Assembly (NCBI GenBank): GCA_965226795.1
Contig: CBDDDZ010000002.1
Span: 192,001-256,000, forward strand
Reading direction: 5' to 3'
Length of the DNA stretch: 64,000 nucleotides
Origin: Candidatus Latescibacterota bacterium
GTDB taxonomy: Bacteria; Latescibacterota; UBA2968; GCA-2709665
This document shows positions 19,378 through 29,800 of this stretch, one piece after another. A program made the translations under genes and the position numbers. Positions within the stretch are counted from its first letter, which is position 1, and each line of letters begins with the position of its first letter. The notes below the pieces were generated by a model. That model did no database searches. It was not told the origin of the DNA and saw only the letters and a program-made list of their open reading frames with translations.

Positions 19378-20493
19378 CTATCCGGTGGCATCCCGCAGCA
19401 GCGCGCCCCCGGTCTCCCGGTCGAAGAGGTGTAACGCTGAGAGGTCGAACGCCAGGTGGACCTCCTCGTTCACCGACGGCGTCCGGTCTGCGGACACCCG
19501 GGCGACACAGGAAGCGCGCCCGGCGGTGAGGTAGAGATAGGTCTCATGTCCCATCGGTTCGACCACTTCGACTTTCGCGGTGACGTCTTCTGTTTCCCGG
19601 TGCCCGTTGGTTGATGACGCATAGAAGATGTGCTCGGGCCGGATGCCGAGGATGACCCGCCGGCCGAGGTGGCTTTTCAAGCGGTGGTCGTATCGGTTCA
19701 GGATCGGGAGGCGGAGGCCATCTCCCGAGAATACCAGGCCACCGTCCTGAATGAGTTCGCCCTCCAGAAAATTCATCGACGGGCTGCCGATAAAGCCGGC
19801 TACGAACCGGTTCGCCGGGCGCCGGTAGAGATGAACCGGAGCGCCGATCTGCTGAATTCGTCCATCCTGCATCACGACGAGCCGGTCGCCCATTGTCATT
19901 GCCTCGACCTGGTCGTGGGTGACGTAGATCATCGTGGTGCCGAGCCGGGTGTGCAGCTTGCTGAGTTCGGTTCGCATCTGAACTCTCAACCTGGCGTCCA
20001 GGTTGGACAGGGGCTCGTCGAAGAGGAACGCCTTCGGTTTCCGAACGATGGCGCGACCTACGGCCACCCGCTGTCGCTGTCCTCCGGACAGTTCCTTCGG
20101 CTTTCGGTCCAGCAGGTCTTCGATTCCCAGGATGTCCGCCACCTCCCGCACCCGGGCGTCGATTTCCGCCTTCGGATATCTTCTCAGTTTCAGCCCGAAT
20201 GCCATGTTTTCGTAGACGGCCATATGGGGGTACAGGGCGTAGTTCTGGAAGACCATCGCGATGTTCCGGTCTTTGGGCGGGAGGTCGTTCGCCAGGCTTC
20301 CGTCAATGTGGATTTCTCCCCCGGTCACGTCCTCCAGGCCGGCAACCAGTCGGAGGGTGGTCGATTTTCCGCATCCCGAAGGCCCGACCAGCACGACGAA
20401 CTCCCCATCGTCAACGTGGAGGCTGAAGTCCTCTACCGCTACGGTGTTCCTGTTGTAGATCTTCCGGACGTTTTTCAGGGTTACGGTTGCCAT
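19378..20493 (-). CDS. Sugar ABC transporter ATP-binding protein (MalK/UgpC family)
   Basis: Walker A GPSGCGKST, LSGGQRQR, DEPLSNLD, YVTHDQ and C-terminal TOBE region (GIRPEH). Real start is MATVTLKNV at 20493 after a purine-rich RBS. Confidence 0.95.
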   Translation of the reverse strand: MATVTLKNVRKIYNRNTVAVEDFSLHVDDGEFVVLVGPSGCGKSTTLRLVAGLEDVTGGEIHIDGSLANDLPPKDRNIAMVFQNYALYPHMAVYENMAFGLKLRRYPKAEIDARVREVADILGIEDLLDRKPKELSGGQRQRVAVGRAIVRKPKAFLFDEPLSNLDARLRVQMRTELSKLHTRLGTTMIYVTHDQVEAMTMGDRLVVMQDGRIQQIGAPVHLYRRPANRFVAGFIGSPSMNFLEGELIQDGGLVFSGDGLRLPILNRYDHRLKSHLGRRVILGIRPEHIFYASSTNGHRETEDVTAKVEVVEPMGHETYLYLTAGRASCVARVSADRTPSVNEEVHLAFDLSALHLFDRETGGALLRDATG

Positions 20494-20617
20494 CCTGCCC
20501 CTTCCTCCCGGTGAGATGTGATGAACTGGATAAAGTAAGCATATCCATTCGGAATAACAAGCTCCCCGACATTCTTCCGGGGCTTTTGCTTCGCTCATTT
20601 TACAGGAGGGTGTTCCA

Positions 20618-23600
20618 TTGACCGGGACACGGATTGAGACGTTGAAGGAGATGCACCTCATCACGGACCTTCGGGAAGGGGCGGAGATCGTCGCGCCGAC
20701 CGACCCGGCCTGGACGCACCTGACCCAGCGGCTGCAGGAGATGATCCGGGAGCATGCGGGTGTGGATCTGCCGATTGTGGATCCGGCCGGCCGGTCGCCG
20801 CTGCCCGAGGGCAGGCACCGTGTGCTGTTGGGCAACGCGATGGTCAACGAATCCATCATGGCGTTGTACCGTCGGCAATATGCGTTTATGGATGAGTACT
20901 ATCCGGGTGGAGAGGGGTATGTGATCCGGACGGTGCACAATCCGGAGAACTGCGGCTATAACGCGTTGCTGGTGGGGGGCAGTTCGGTGGCGGGTGCCGC
21001 AGCGGCGCTGGTGGCGCTGGAGGGGGTTCTGGTGACGACCGGAGGGCGTCCGGGGTATACGAACCTGGCGCGGTCGGATACGCACGAGGCACTGTTGCCG
21101 AATATGACTCCGGAGGCGTTTCGGGAGCGGACGGTGGCGGCGTTTCAAGGCAACGCAGGCCGCGGACCGATCGAACAGGGGGTCACGCTGGGCCTCGCTC
21201 ACCACTTCACGAACGATCCGGACTGTGCGCGGATGTTCCGGGACGTCCTTTTCTACTACGAAGATCTGGTAAAGAACCGCTACGGCGGGGAGTGGTGTTT
21301 CGAGCATATGCTGTTTATCTACGCCTGGACCTGGCGGCTGTTTTACGTCTGGGATCTGATTGAGGAGAGCGATGCGTTCACGGATGCGGAGCGTCTCCGG
21401 ATGACCAACTTGCTCTGGGGGTTGACACATTACGTGGCGGGTCTGGGTTATTTCGCCGGCGAGGAGCCGCCGCCCCTGGAAATCCGGCAGAACCATCCCA
21501 CGTTCGCGGGACTGAGCATGTCGTCCAGCGCGGGGTATTTCAAGGCTTACTACGGGGTCGAGAATTTCGAAAAAGAACTCCGCTTCTGCCGGGCGATTTT
21601 CGACGGGCAGGCCGATTGTTACAAACCCAACGACGACGGCGGAGGCGGGGGGTACTGCTGGCTGGTGCCCAACCACCAGATGGTTTACGATCTGAAGCGG
21701 GATGATTTTCGCTATTTAAAGGGCGGGCACCTGCGGGAGATCGCGGACTACGCAATTCTGATTACGGACAATCTGGGATCCCCGGCGGGTTTCGGAGACG
21801 TGGGGGCCTACGGCTTGCGGCGAAGCGCTTCGCCCGGGGTGGCGGGCACGCTGTGCAAGGCAGCCTGGTACTATAAAGACGGGTGCTATCTCTGGGCGCT
21901 GGAATGGATGGGCGGAGCGCCGCGGCACGACTGTTTCTTCAAGTCGGTCCCGAAGCGGATTGCCGACCACATGGCGGGGATCGCGATCGCGCGGTTCAAC
22001 CGGCCGCTCTACGAGTGGACGCAGCGGCACGGTCCTGGCGGGGCGAACGTGCCCATCCGGGAGGCCTTTGACAAGTTAACGTTGCGGGGCGGTTTCGAGG
22101 AGGAGGATCTCTACCTGCTGCTGGACGGGACGTCGACGTTCGCGCACGGGCACGAGGACGGGAATTCGATCGAGCGGCTGACGTGGAAGGGGCGGATGTG
22201 GCTGGCGGAGACGGATTACATCTGGAAACGGCCGAGACACCACTCGTCGGTCGTGTCGATCTGCGACGGAGAAAGCTCGGAGATGCCGTCGCTGGTGGCG
22301 CTGAAGTGGGTGGAAGATTTCGGGGATGCCGCGTTTACCCGGACGGTCGTGCCGGATTACAACGGGGTGGACTGGACGCGGGATATCTTCTGGCTGAAGG
22401 GAAAGTACCTGCTGGTTGCGGACTCCCTAAGGTTGTTGAAAGATGCCGACTACGATCTGCGGTGTCTGTGGCGAACGCTCGGTGAGGTGCGGCAGGACGG
22501 AAGCGGGGTGACCGTGGAACAGGAGGGGGTGTACTTCCGGATTCAGAACGCGGATGACTCGGATAAGTCTCTGGAGACGGAGGAAGCGCGTGTTGCAGGG
22601 CAGGATCCCTACGGAGGGTACCCGTACGCAGACGGTCCGATCCGGATCTCCAAACAGCGCAAGACGCTTCGCGGACAGGCCGGAGAGGTGGAACGGTATT
22701 TCAATCTGCTTGTTGCAGGGACGGAGGCGGAAGTCACTGCGTGTCGAATGGAGCGGATTGGAGAGGGCATGGTGCGGATAGAAGGTCCGGACGGCCCGGT
22801 CGTCTTCGGAGTGGGGGAGGATGGGGTGCAGGTGGGCGGGATACGGATTGATGCGCGGGTGGAGCATGACAAAATCAGGTTTCTGGAAACGGATGGATCC
22901 GGGTCTCCTTACATACACCGGCGGGCGCCCGCCGAGAACCGATTCGTCCCGAAGGAGGAGCCGGCACTCAGGGCGGTCTGGGAGGCCGATGCGGGTGGTG
23001 AGGTTCGGTGCATAGATGTGAGGGGTGAATCGATTGCGGTGGGAACCGCCGGCGGGAAGGTTGTCCTGCTGGACCCGGACGGGCAGTCCCTGTGGACGCG
23101 CGAGACGGGCGCCGAAGTGCGTACGGTGCATCTGGCGGACCTGGGGGCGGGGAAGTTGCTGGCGGGCGGTCGGGACTGCGCGCTGACCCTGTTCGACGGT
23201 GCGGGCACGGTCTGCTGGAAGCGGGAGTTTATCGTGTCCCACGGGCGCGACCAGATCGTGAACGCCGTGAGGACGGCGGATCTCATGGGAGACGGGCAGA
23301 CGGAGGTCGTGGTCGCCACGGACGGGTGGCTGGTGTGGGCACTCGGTCCGGATGGCGAGGAGATCTGGCAGCGGCAGATCGAACACCACGCCGCGCAGTC
23401 GCTGGTAATTGGAGACGTGGAAGGGAACGGAAAGCAGGAGGTCCTGGTTGGAACTGAGTACCACACGTCGAATATGCTGGAGGCCGACGGAAGCGTCCGG
23501 TGGACGGTGCGTGGGGGACCCTGTTTTACCGCGCTGGCGCTTACGGATCTGAACGGGGACGGGGTGAAGGAATCGGTTTACGGGGCCATGGATGGCAGCG

Positions 23601-23995
23601 TCTGTGCGGTTGACTCGATTTCGGGAAAAACCATGTGGAAGGCGAATCTGGGAGATGATGTCCGTTACGGTGTTGTGGTGAAGAGGGACAGTCTGGTGGC
23701 GGGCAGCGAGAGCGGGAACGTGGCGCTGTTGAGCGCCGAGGGCGGGCGGCGGTGGCGCCGGGACCTGAACGCGGCGGTGACGGGTCTGGTACTTCTTGAT
23801 GACGGCGAAGAGGAGGTCATCGCTGCGGGGACTTCCGGAGGATGGATCGTGCTCCTTTCCCTTAGAGGCGAAATCGTTGGGAACCACCGGCTGGATGGGG
23901 GGATTTCCGCGCTGGCCGCCCTGGATCCTGCCGATGGACCGGGCCTCCTGGTGGGCACGGATACCAACGCTGTGACGGCGCTGAGTCGGCGATGA
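20618..23995 (+). CDS. Heparinase II/III-like + beta-propeller protein, 1125 aa
   Basis: TTG start after AGGAGG. RQNH, FDKLTLRGG...YLLLDG...HGHEDGNS, and propeller repeats DLMGDG, DVEGNG, DLNGDG. Confidence 0.75.
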   Translation: MTGTRIETLKEMHLITDLREGAEIVAPTDPAWTHLTQRLQEMIREHAGVDLPIVDPAGRSPLPEGRHRVLLGNAMVNESIMALYRRQYAFMDEYYPGGEGYVIRTVHNPENCGYNALLVGGSSVAGAAAALVALEGVLVTTGGRPGYTNLARSDTHEALLPNMTPEAFRERTVAAFQGNAGRGPIEQGVTLGLAHHFTNDPDCARMFRDVLFYYEDLVKNRYGGEWCFEHMLFIYAWTWRLFYVWDLIEESDAFTDAERLRMTNLLWGLTHYVAGLGYFAGEEPPPLEIRQNHPTFAGLSMSSSAGYFKAYYGVENFEKELRFCRAIFDGQADCYKPNDDGGGGGYCWLVPNHQMVYDLKRDDFRYLKGGHLREIADYAILITDNLGSPAGFGDVGAYGLRRSASPGVAGTLCKAAWYYKDGCYLWALEWMGGAPRHDCFFKSVPKRIADHMAGIAIARFNRPLYEWTQRHGPGGANVPIREAFDKLTLRGGFEEEDLYLLLDGTSTFAHGHEDGNSIERLTWKGRMWLAETDYIWKRPRHHSSVVSICDGESSEMPSLVALKWVEDFGDAAFTRTVVPDYNGVDWTRDIFWLKGKYLLVADSLRLLKDADYDLRCLWRTLGEVRQDGSGVTVEQEGVYFRIQNADDSDKSLETEEARVAGQDPYGGYPYADGPIRISKQRKTLRGQAGEVERYFNLLVAGTEAEVTACRMERIGEGMVRIEGPDGPVVFGVGEDGVQVGGIRIDARVEHDKIRFLETDGSGSPYIHRRAPAENRFVPKEEPALRAVWEADAGGEVRCIDVRGESIAVGTAGGKVVLLDPDGQSLWTRETGAEVRTVHLADLGAGKLLAGGRDCALTLFDGAGTVCWKREFIVSHGRDQIVNAVRTADLMGDGQTEVVVATDGWLVWALGPDGEEIWQRQIEHHAAQSLVIGDVEGNGKQEVLVGTEYHTSNMLEADGSVRWTVRGGPCFTALALTDLNGDGVKESVYGAMDGSVCAVDSISGKTMWKANLGDDVRYGVVVKRDSLVAGSESGNVALLSAEGGRRWRRDLNAAVTGLVLLDDGEEEVIAAGTSGGWIVLLSLRGEIVGNHRLDGGISALAALDPADGPGLLVGTDTNAVTALSRR

Positions 23996-26745
23996 TGCGT
24001 TCGGGTTCGAAATCGGGATGGTCGAGGGGCTGCGCCCTCGCTGCTGCAATGGTGGTTGTATGGGGGTCGAGTTGTGAGGGTGAGAATGTGAACATCCGGG
24101 ATTTGCTGCGAGGCCGGGGGATCAGCGAGGCGCTGTTGAAGGCCGAACGGGCCCATCCCTACCTTTTCTTTGCGGCCGAAGATGTACCCCGTCTGCGCGA
24201 GATGGCCGGGCGGGAACCGTATCGGACGTGCGCGGAGGGGATCGTTCGCGCGGCCCGGCTGACGCTGGAAAATCCGATCCCGGCGGAACCTCTGGCAGGG
24301 GCGGCCGAGAGCCGGTTGCCCGATGGCAGCTACGACGGGTCGTTTCTGAAGGCGACCTACGATTTTCTGTCCTACGCATACGCGATGCAATACTATGGTC
24401 CGCTGTATGCGTTTGCCTACCTGCTGACGGAGGAGGAGGTGTTCGCAGAACGGGCAAAGGCGTGGGCGCTGGCGTTTGCGGGCTGGGAGAACTGGGGGCC
24501 GGCGGCCGATCCATGGGATATGGAGGCGGCCATGATCCTGTCGGGGGCGGTGATTGTCTACGATTGGATTCCGGAACAATTCTCCGATGCGGAGCGGGAG
24601 CGGCTGCTTTCGGGACTGCGCGAGAAGGGGCGGAAGCTGTGTGAGAAGGACGCGTACTGGCTGACACAGGACCCGGCGGCGCGGCGCGGAGGGCTCGCGA
24701 ATAACCATCGGTGGCGGAGCATACCGCTGGAGGGTCTGGCCGGGCTGGGGCTGCTCTACGAGGTCGAAGAGGCGCGGGACTGGCTGGATATGGGACTGGT
24801 GCTGACGCGGGAATACCTGCTGCCGGCGGCCTACGGGCGGGACGGGGAGCGGATGGAGGGACGGGGATGGCTGGGGGTCTGCCTGAGCGACGGAGGGCGG
24901 TTCATGGAGGCACTGGCCCGAAACAGAGGGCCGGATCTGTTCGATACGGCGCCGCTGCGCCGGCTTTCGCACTTTCTGATTTTCGGGATGGAAATGTACC
25001 GGTCACGCGGGCATTACAGCGAGCGGGCGGGTCTGCTGGTGCATGCCCGGAGGCTGCACGACACGGCGCTTCAATGGCTGGCTCTGAAGCACGATCTGGA
25101 CCCCGATATGGAGGGATATCCGGCGTACTGGTACAACCGGGACAAGGTGCTTTATATGCCAAAGACCCTATACACTGTATCCCTCCGATGGGATGCGGAG
25201 GCCGGCCGGGTGGAGGTCCGGGTGAACGGTGCCCTGAGGGATCGGCAGGGGATTGACGGCGTGCAGGGGATCGACCGGGTCACGATCCAGGTTGCGGGCG
25301 ACCGGGTTGAGATCGCTTCTTTGGAGGTCCTGGACGGGGCTGGCCAGGTCGTGGACCGCCTGGACGGACCGGTGGCGCTGGCGGGTGAGGGAGCGGAGAC
25401 GGCCCTCAGGTTTGACCGCCTGCGCGCCGGCGAGGTACGGGCATCTCTGCAAAAGGACCGATCGGACGCCGGACGGGCCTCGATGATGCTGATGTCCGGA
25501 GGGCGGCACGTGCGGGGCATTGTGTTTACCGGTGAGCACGAGATCGCCAAGGTGGTTGAAGGGATGGACGGAACGTATACGTTGGGCGTTGTCGCGGCGA
25601 AGGGGCTTTATTTCCACGGGCCATGGGAGTTCCTGTTCCACGACGAGAGTCTGGCGTCGGAGGCCCCGAAGAGGGATGTGACAGGGTTCCACTTCCGGGA
25701 CCTGGGGCTGGTGAAGTTACACGATTCGCTCCGCCCGGAGGGTGTGCACGTCACGTTCACGTCCGGGCCGGAAGTGAGCAAGGAGCAGGGGGATAAGAAT
25801 GCGTTTACGCTCAAGGCGTTCGGGGAGGAGTTGTTGACGCCTTTGCGGACGCCGAAGACGGGAGAGGCGGTCCTGACCCAGGCGCAGTACGATTTGACGG
25901 CCTGGTACGAAGGCACGCCTGGGCGTAACACCATCCTGGTGGATGGAAGGGGACAGCCGACGGTGCACGAGGAAAGCCCGGTTCCGCGTGAGTACGAACT
26001 GCAATGGCTGGGGGAAGAGGAGGTGGCGAAGAGCGGCCGGATCGAAGAAACATTTTTTTCCCCGGACTACGATTACGTACGAGGGGAGGCGGCGCGGGCG
26101 TACCGGCCCATGCTGGAGACCTACCGGCGCCATCTGATGTTTTTGAAGCCGCTCGGTGATCCGGACCTTCGCTACCTGGTGCTGTTCGATGAGATCGAGA
26201 CCGCGGGCGGGGCGCCCCGAAAGGTCGAGTGGCGACTGCTGAGCCCGTGCGGGAAGGTGACAGGCGCAGGCGGCGCGTTCCGGATCGAGGGACACTCGGC
26301 AATGGTGCACGTAACGCACCTCTGGCCCGAGGCGTCGACGGTGAGGATCGACTCCACGCCCGCGCCCCGGGAGTCGGACCGGCTGCCCTATCTACGGTTT
26401 CCGGCGCCTGGGCCGGTGCAACGGGTACACTACCTCCACCTGCTTCAGCCGATGCGGGCGGATTCCGGTGAGCCGGTTTCGGCGGAGCGGGTGATTGGGC
26501 AGGGCGGGATCGGCATGCGAGTGAGCGGCCCGGAGGAGACCGCGCTGGCGGTCTTCAGGACAGGAGATGGATCGGTAACCGCGGGTGGCTTGACCACTGA
26601 CGCCTACGCCTGTCTGATTCGGAGGGAAAAGGACGGCGGCGGGTCGGTTGTAATACACGGCGGGACGTTTGTCGAGTGGGAGGGGAGACGCCTCTTCACG
26701 TCGGACGATGCGGTGAGCGTCCGGGTTAAGGTGCCGGTGGAATAA
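23992..26745 (+). CDS. Heparinase II/III-like (DUF4962-type) protein, probably exported, 917 aa
   Basis: ATGA overlap with the upstream stop. N-terminal hydrophobic stretch then GSSC. Motifs HPYLFF, A..AK.W, YDW, NNH, NTILVDGRGQ, Y..GEA..AY...YRRH. No propeller. Confidence 0.7.
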   Translation: MMRSGSKSGWSRGCALAAAMVVVWGSSCEGENVNIRDLLRGRGISEALLKAERAHPYLFFAAEDVPRLREMAGREPYRTCAEGIVRAARLTLENPIPAEPLAGAAESRLPDGSYDGSFLKATYDFLSYAYAMQYYGPLYAFAYLLTEEEVFAERAKAWALAFAGWENWGPAADPWDMEAAMILSGAVIVYDWIPEQFSDAERERLLSGLREKGRKLCEKDAYWLTQDPAARRGGLANNHRWRSIPLEGLAGLGLLYEVEEARDWLDMGLVLTREYLLPAAYGRDGERMEGRGWLGVCLSDGGRFMEALARNRGPDLFDTAPLRRLSHFLIFGMEMYRSRGHYSERAGLLVHARRLHDTALQWLALKHDLDPDMEGYPAYWYNRDKVLYMPKTLYTVSLRWDAEAGRVEVRVNGALRDRQGIDGVQGIDRVTIQVAGDRVEIASLEVLDGAGQVVDRLDGPVALAGEGAETALRFDRLRAGEVRASLQKDRSDAGRASMMLMSGGRHVRGIVFTGEHEIAKVVEGMDGTYTLGVVAAKGLYFHGPWEFLFHDESLASEAPKRDVTGFHFRDLGLVKLHDSLRPEGVHVTFTSGPEVSKEQGDKNAFTLKAFGEELLTPLRTPKTGEAVLTQAQYDLTAWYEGTPGRNTILVDGRGQPTVHEESPVPREYELQWLGEEEVAKSGRIEETFFSPDYDYVRGEAARAYRPMLETYRRHLMFLKPLGDPDLRYLVLFDEIETAGGAPRKVEWRLLSPCGKVTGAGGAFRIEGHSAMVHVTHLWPEASTVRIDSTPAPRESDRLPYLRFPAPGPVQRVHYLHLLQPMRADSGEPVSAERVIGQGGIGMRVSGPEETALAVFRTGDGSVTAGGLTTDAYACLIRREKDGGGSVVIHGGTFVEWEGRRLFTSDDAVSVRVKVPVE

Positions 26746-26808
26746 GCAATGGATAGAACAGGGCTTTGAACGGGGTCGGGACCTGAGGGGTTCCGGAAGG
26801 GACGCGCG

Positions 26809-29800
26809 ATGGCCGAGGAACGTATTGAGAGGTTGAAGAAGATGCACCTGGCCACGGATCTCAGGGAGGGGGCGGAGATCGTGGCGCCGGCGGACCCGGC
26901 CTGGGCGCCCTTTGGCCGTCGGCTTCGGGAGATGATCCGGGCGCATGCGGGTGTGGCGCTGCCGGTAGTGGATCCGGCGGGCTTGTCGCCCCTGCCGGCG
27001 GGCCGGCACCGCGTGCTGCTGGGCAATGCGATGATCAACGAATCGATCATGGCGCTGTACCGGCGGCAATACGCGTATGTGGACGAGTTTTATCCTGGCG
27101 GCGATGGGTATGCGATTCGCACCGTGCACAACCCTGAGAATTGCGGCCGCAACGTGCTGCTGGTCGGCGCGAGCAGGGTGGAGGGCGCGGCTGCGGCGAT
27201 GGAAGTGTTGGAGGGGGTCCTGGCGAGGACCGGGGGGCGTTTGGGGTATACCAATCTGTCCCGGTCCGAGGTCCACGAAACGCTGCTGCCGGAGATGACG
27301 CCGGAGGCGTTCCGGGAGTGGGTGGCGGAGATGTTTCGGAACAACCTCAGCTACTACCCGGTCGAGCAGGGGACTTTCCTGGGGCTGGTCCACCACCTTA
27401 CGCACGATCCCGGCTGCGCGCGGATGTTCCGGGACGCCCTATTTTACTACGAGGACCTGGTGAGGAACCGCTACGGCGGGAACTGGCTGTTTGAGCATAT
27501 GCTGTTTATTTACTCCTGGGCGTGGCGGCTGTTCATGGTCTGGGACCTGATCGAGGAGAGCGATGCGTTTACCGATGCCGAACGCCTCCGAATCACAAAT
27601 GTGCTGTGGGGGCTGGCGAATTACGTAGCCGGCACGCGCTATTTCAAGAAGGAGACACCCCCGCCCGTGGAGATCCGGCAGAACCACTGGACGTTTGCGG
27701 GCTTGAGCGGGTCGTTCTGCGCACGGTATTTCGAGGCCTACTACGGAATCACCGAATTTGAGAAACAGACCCGGTTCTCGCAGGCGGTTTTCGACGGGCA
27801 GGCGGAGAGCTACAAGCCGAACGACGATGCAGGGGGCGGATGGTGGGGCTACTGCTGGCTGGCGCCGTACCACCAGGTGATTTACGATCTGAAGCGAGAC
27901 GATTTCCGCTTCCTGGAGAACGGCCAACTCCGGGCCTTTGCCGACTACGGCATCCAGGTGACGGACAATCTGGGCGTTCCGGTGAGCTTCGGGGATGCGT
28001 GGTCGTACATCGAACCGGGCCGGTACGCGGTAGCGCTCAAGAATAAAACCATCTCGCTCGAGTTCGCTATGGCCCTTTGTACCGCAGCCTGGTACTATGA
28101 AGACGGGAGCTATCTGTGGGCACTGGACTGGATGGGCGGCGCGCCGTATCCGGGCTGTTATTACCGGGAGCTTCCAAAGAGCGTACCCGACCGGTTGGCC
28201 GGGATCGCGATTTCGCCGTTCAACCGGTCGCTTTACGAATGGGTGGAGCGGCACGCGCGGGGCGGAGCGAACGTGCCGATCGAAGAAGCGTTCGACAAAC
28301 TGGTTCTGCGCGGAGGGTTCGAAAGGGACGACGAATATCTCCTGCTGGACGGTACATCGACATTTGCGCACGGACACGAAGACGGCAACTCGATCGAACG
28401 GCTGACGTGGAAGGGGCGGATGTGGCTGGCGGAATTGGATTATATCTGGAAACGTCCCCGGCACCATGGTTCGGTCGTGTCGATCTGCGGCGGTGAAACT
28501 GTGGAGTCGCCGCCGCTGGTGGCGCTGAAATGGGCGGAGGAATTCGGAAGGACCGCGTTCACACGCACGGTTGTGCCGGGATATAACGGCGTGGACTGGA
28601 CTCGAGATATTTTCTGGGTGAAGGGCGGGTTCTTTCTGGTCGCGGATTCGCTCAGGCTGCTTCAGGACGCGGATTACGATCTCAGGTGCCTGTGGCGGAC
28701 GCTCGGCGAGGTCCGGCAGCACGGGAGTGAGCTGACCGTGGAACAGAAGGGGGTGTACTTCCGTATCCAGAATGCGGATGATTCGGAAAAGTCCCTCGTG
28801 ACGGAAGAGGCCCGCGTTGCGGGAACCGACCCCTACGAATTGTACGCGTTTGCAGACGGCCCGATCCGGATTTTCAGCCAGCACAAGGCGCTGCATGGTC
28901 AGCAGGGACACGTGGAGCGGTATTTCAACCTGATGGTGGCGGGGTCGCAGGCGGAGATCGATGCGTGGCGGATCGAACGGATCGGCGAGGGCCTGGTCAG
29001 GGTGGAGCACACCGACGGCCCGGCTGTTTTCGGAATTACCGATGGGGAAGCGCAGATAGGGGGGTTCCGAATTGCCGCCGATGCGTTCGCGTTGACCGAA
29101 TCGTCCATCGTGCTGCTCAACGGGACCGGGCTGTGGGCGGATGGAGTGATGTTTGAGACCGAGGCGCCGGTGCATGTGATGCTGTATCCGGGCGGGGGGC
29201 GGGGGGAAGTTCGTGTGAACGAGGAGACTCGTATCCGGACGGAGGGCATTTGTCTTGACGGGGCGGCGGCGCCGGACACGCTTCCGGCTGGAACCCACGA
29301 AATGACGTTCGAATCCGGCTCTCCGGATGTACTGTACGAAGCCGTTCGGGCGGGCGCGTCCTACACGCATCGGAGAGCACCCAAAGCACATGGTTTTGTG
29401 CCGACGGATACACTGCCGCTCAGGCGACTCTGGGAGGCGCAGGTCGAGGGCCCGGTCCGATGCGCCGACGTGGGGGGTGAATCGACCGCTGTCGGGACGA
29501 GCGGGGGGCAGGTACTTCTGCTGGACCGGGACGGCCGGATCCGATGGAAGCGAGAAACCGGCGCGGAAGTGCGCGCCGTTCACCTTGCGGATCTGGAGGT
29601 GGGCGGGCTTCTGACCGGCGGCAGGGACCGAGCGCTGACGCTGTTCGATTCTGACGGCGAGGTTTGCTGGAGGCGGTCGTTTTCGGAGTCCCATGGGGTG
29701 GATCAGAATGTGAACGCTGTGACGACGGCGGATCTGACCGGAGACGGCAACCGGGTGATCCTGGCGGCTACGGATGGGTGGCTGGTGTGGGCTCTGGCGC

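Noticed and set aside
20494..20859. 122-aa N-terminal extension of the MalK ORF
   Set aside because: It overlaps the divergent 20618 gene, and homology and an RBS start at ATG 20493.
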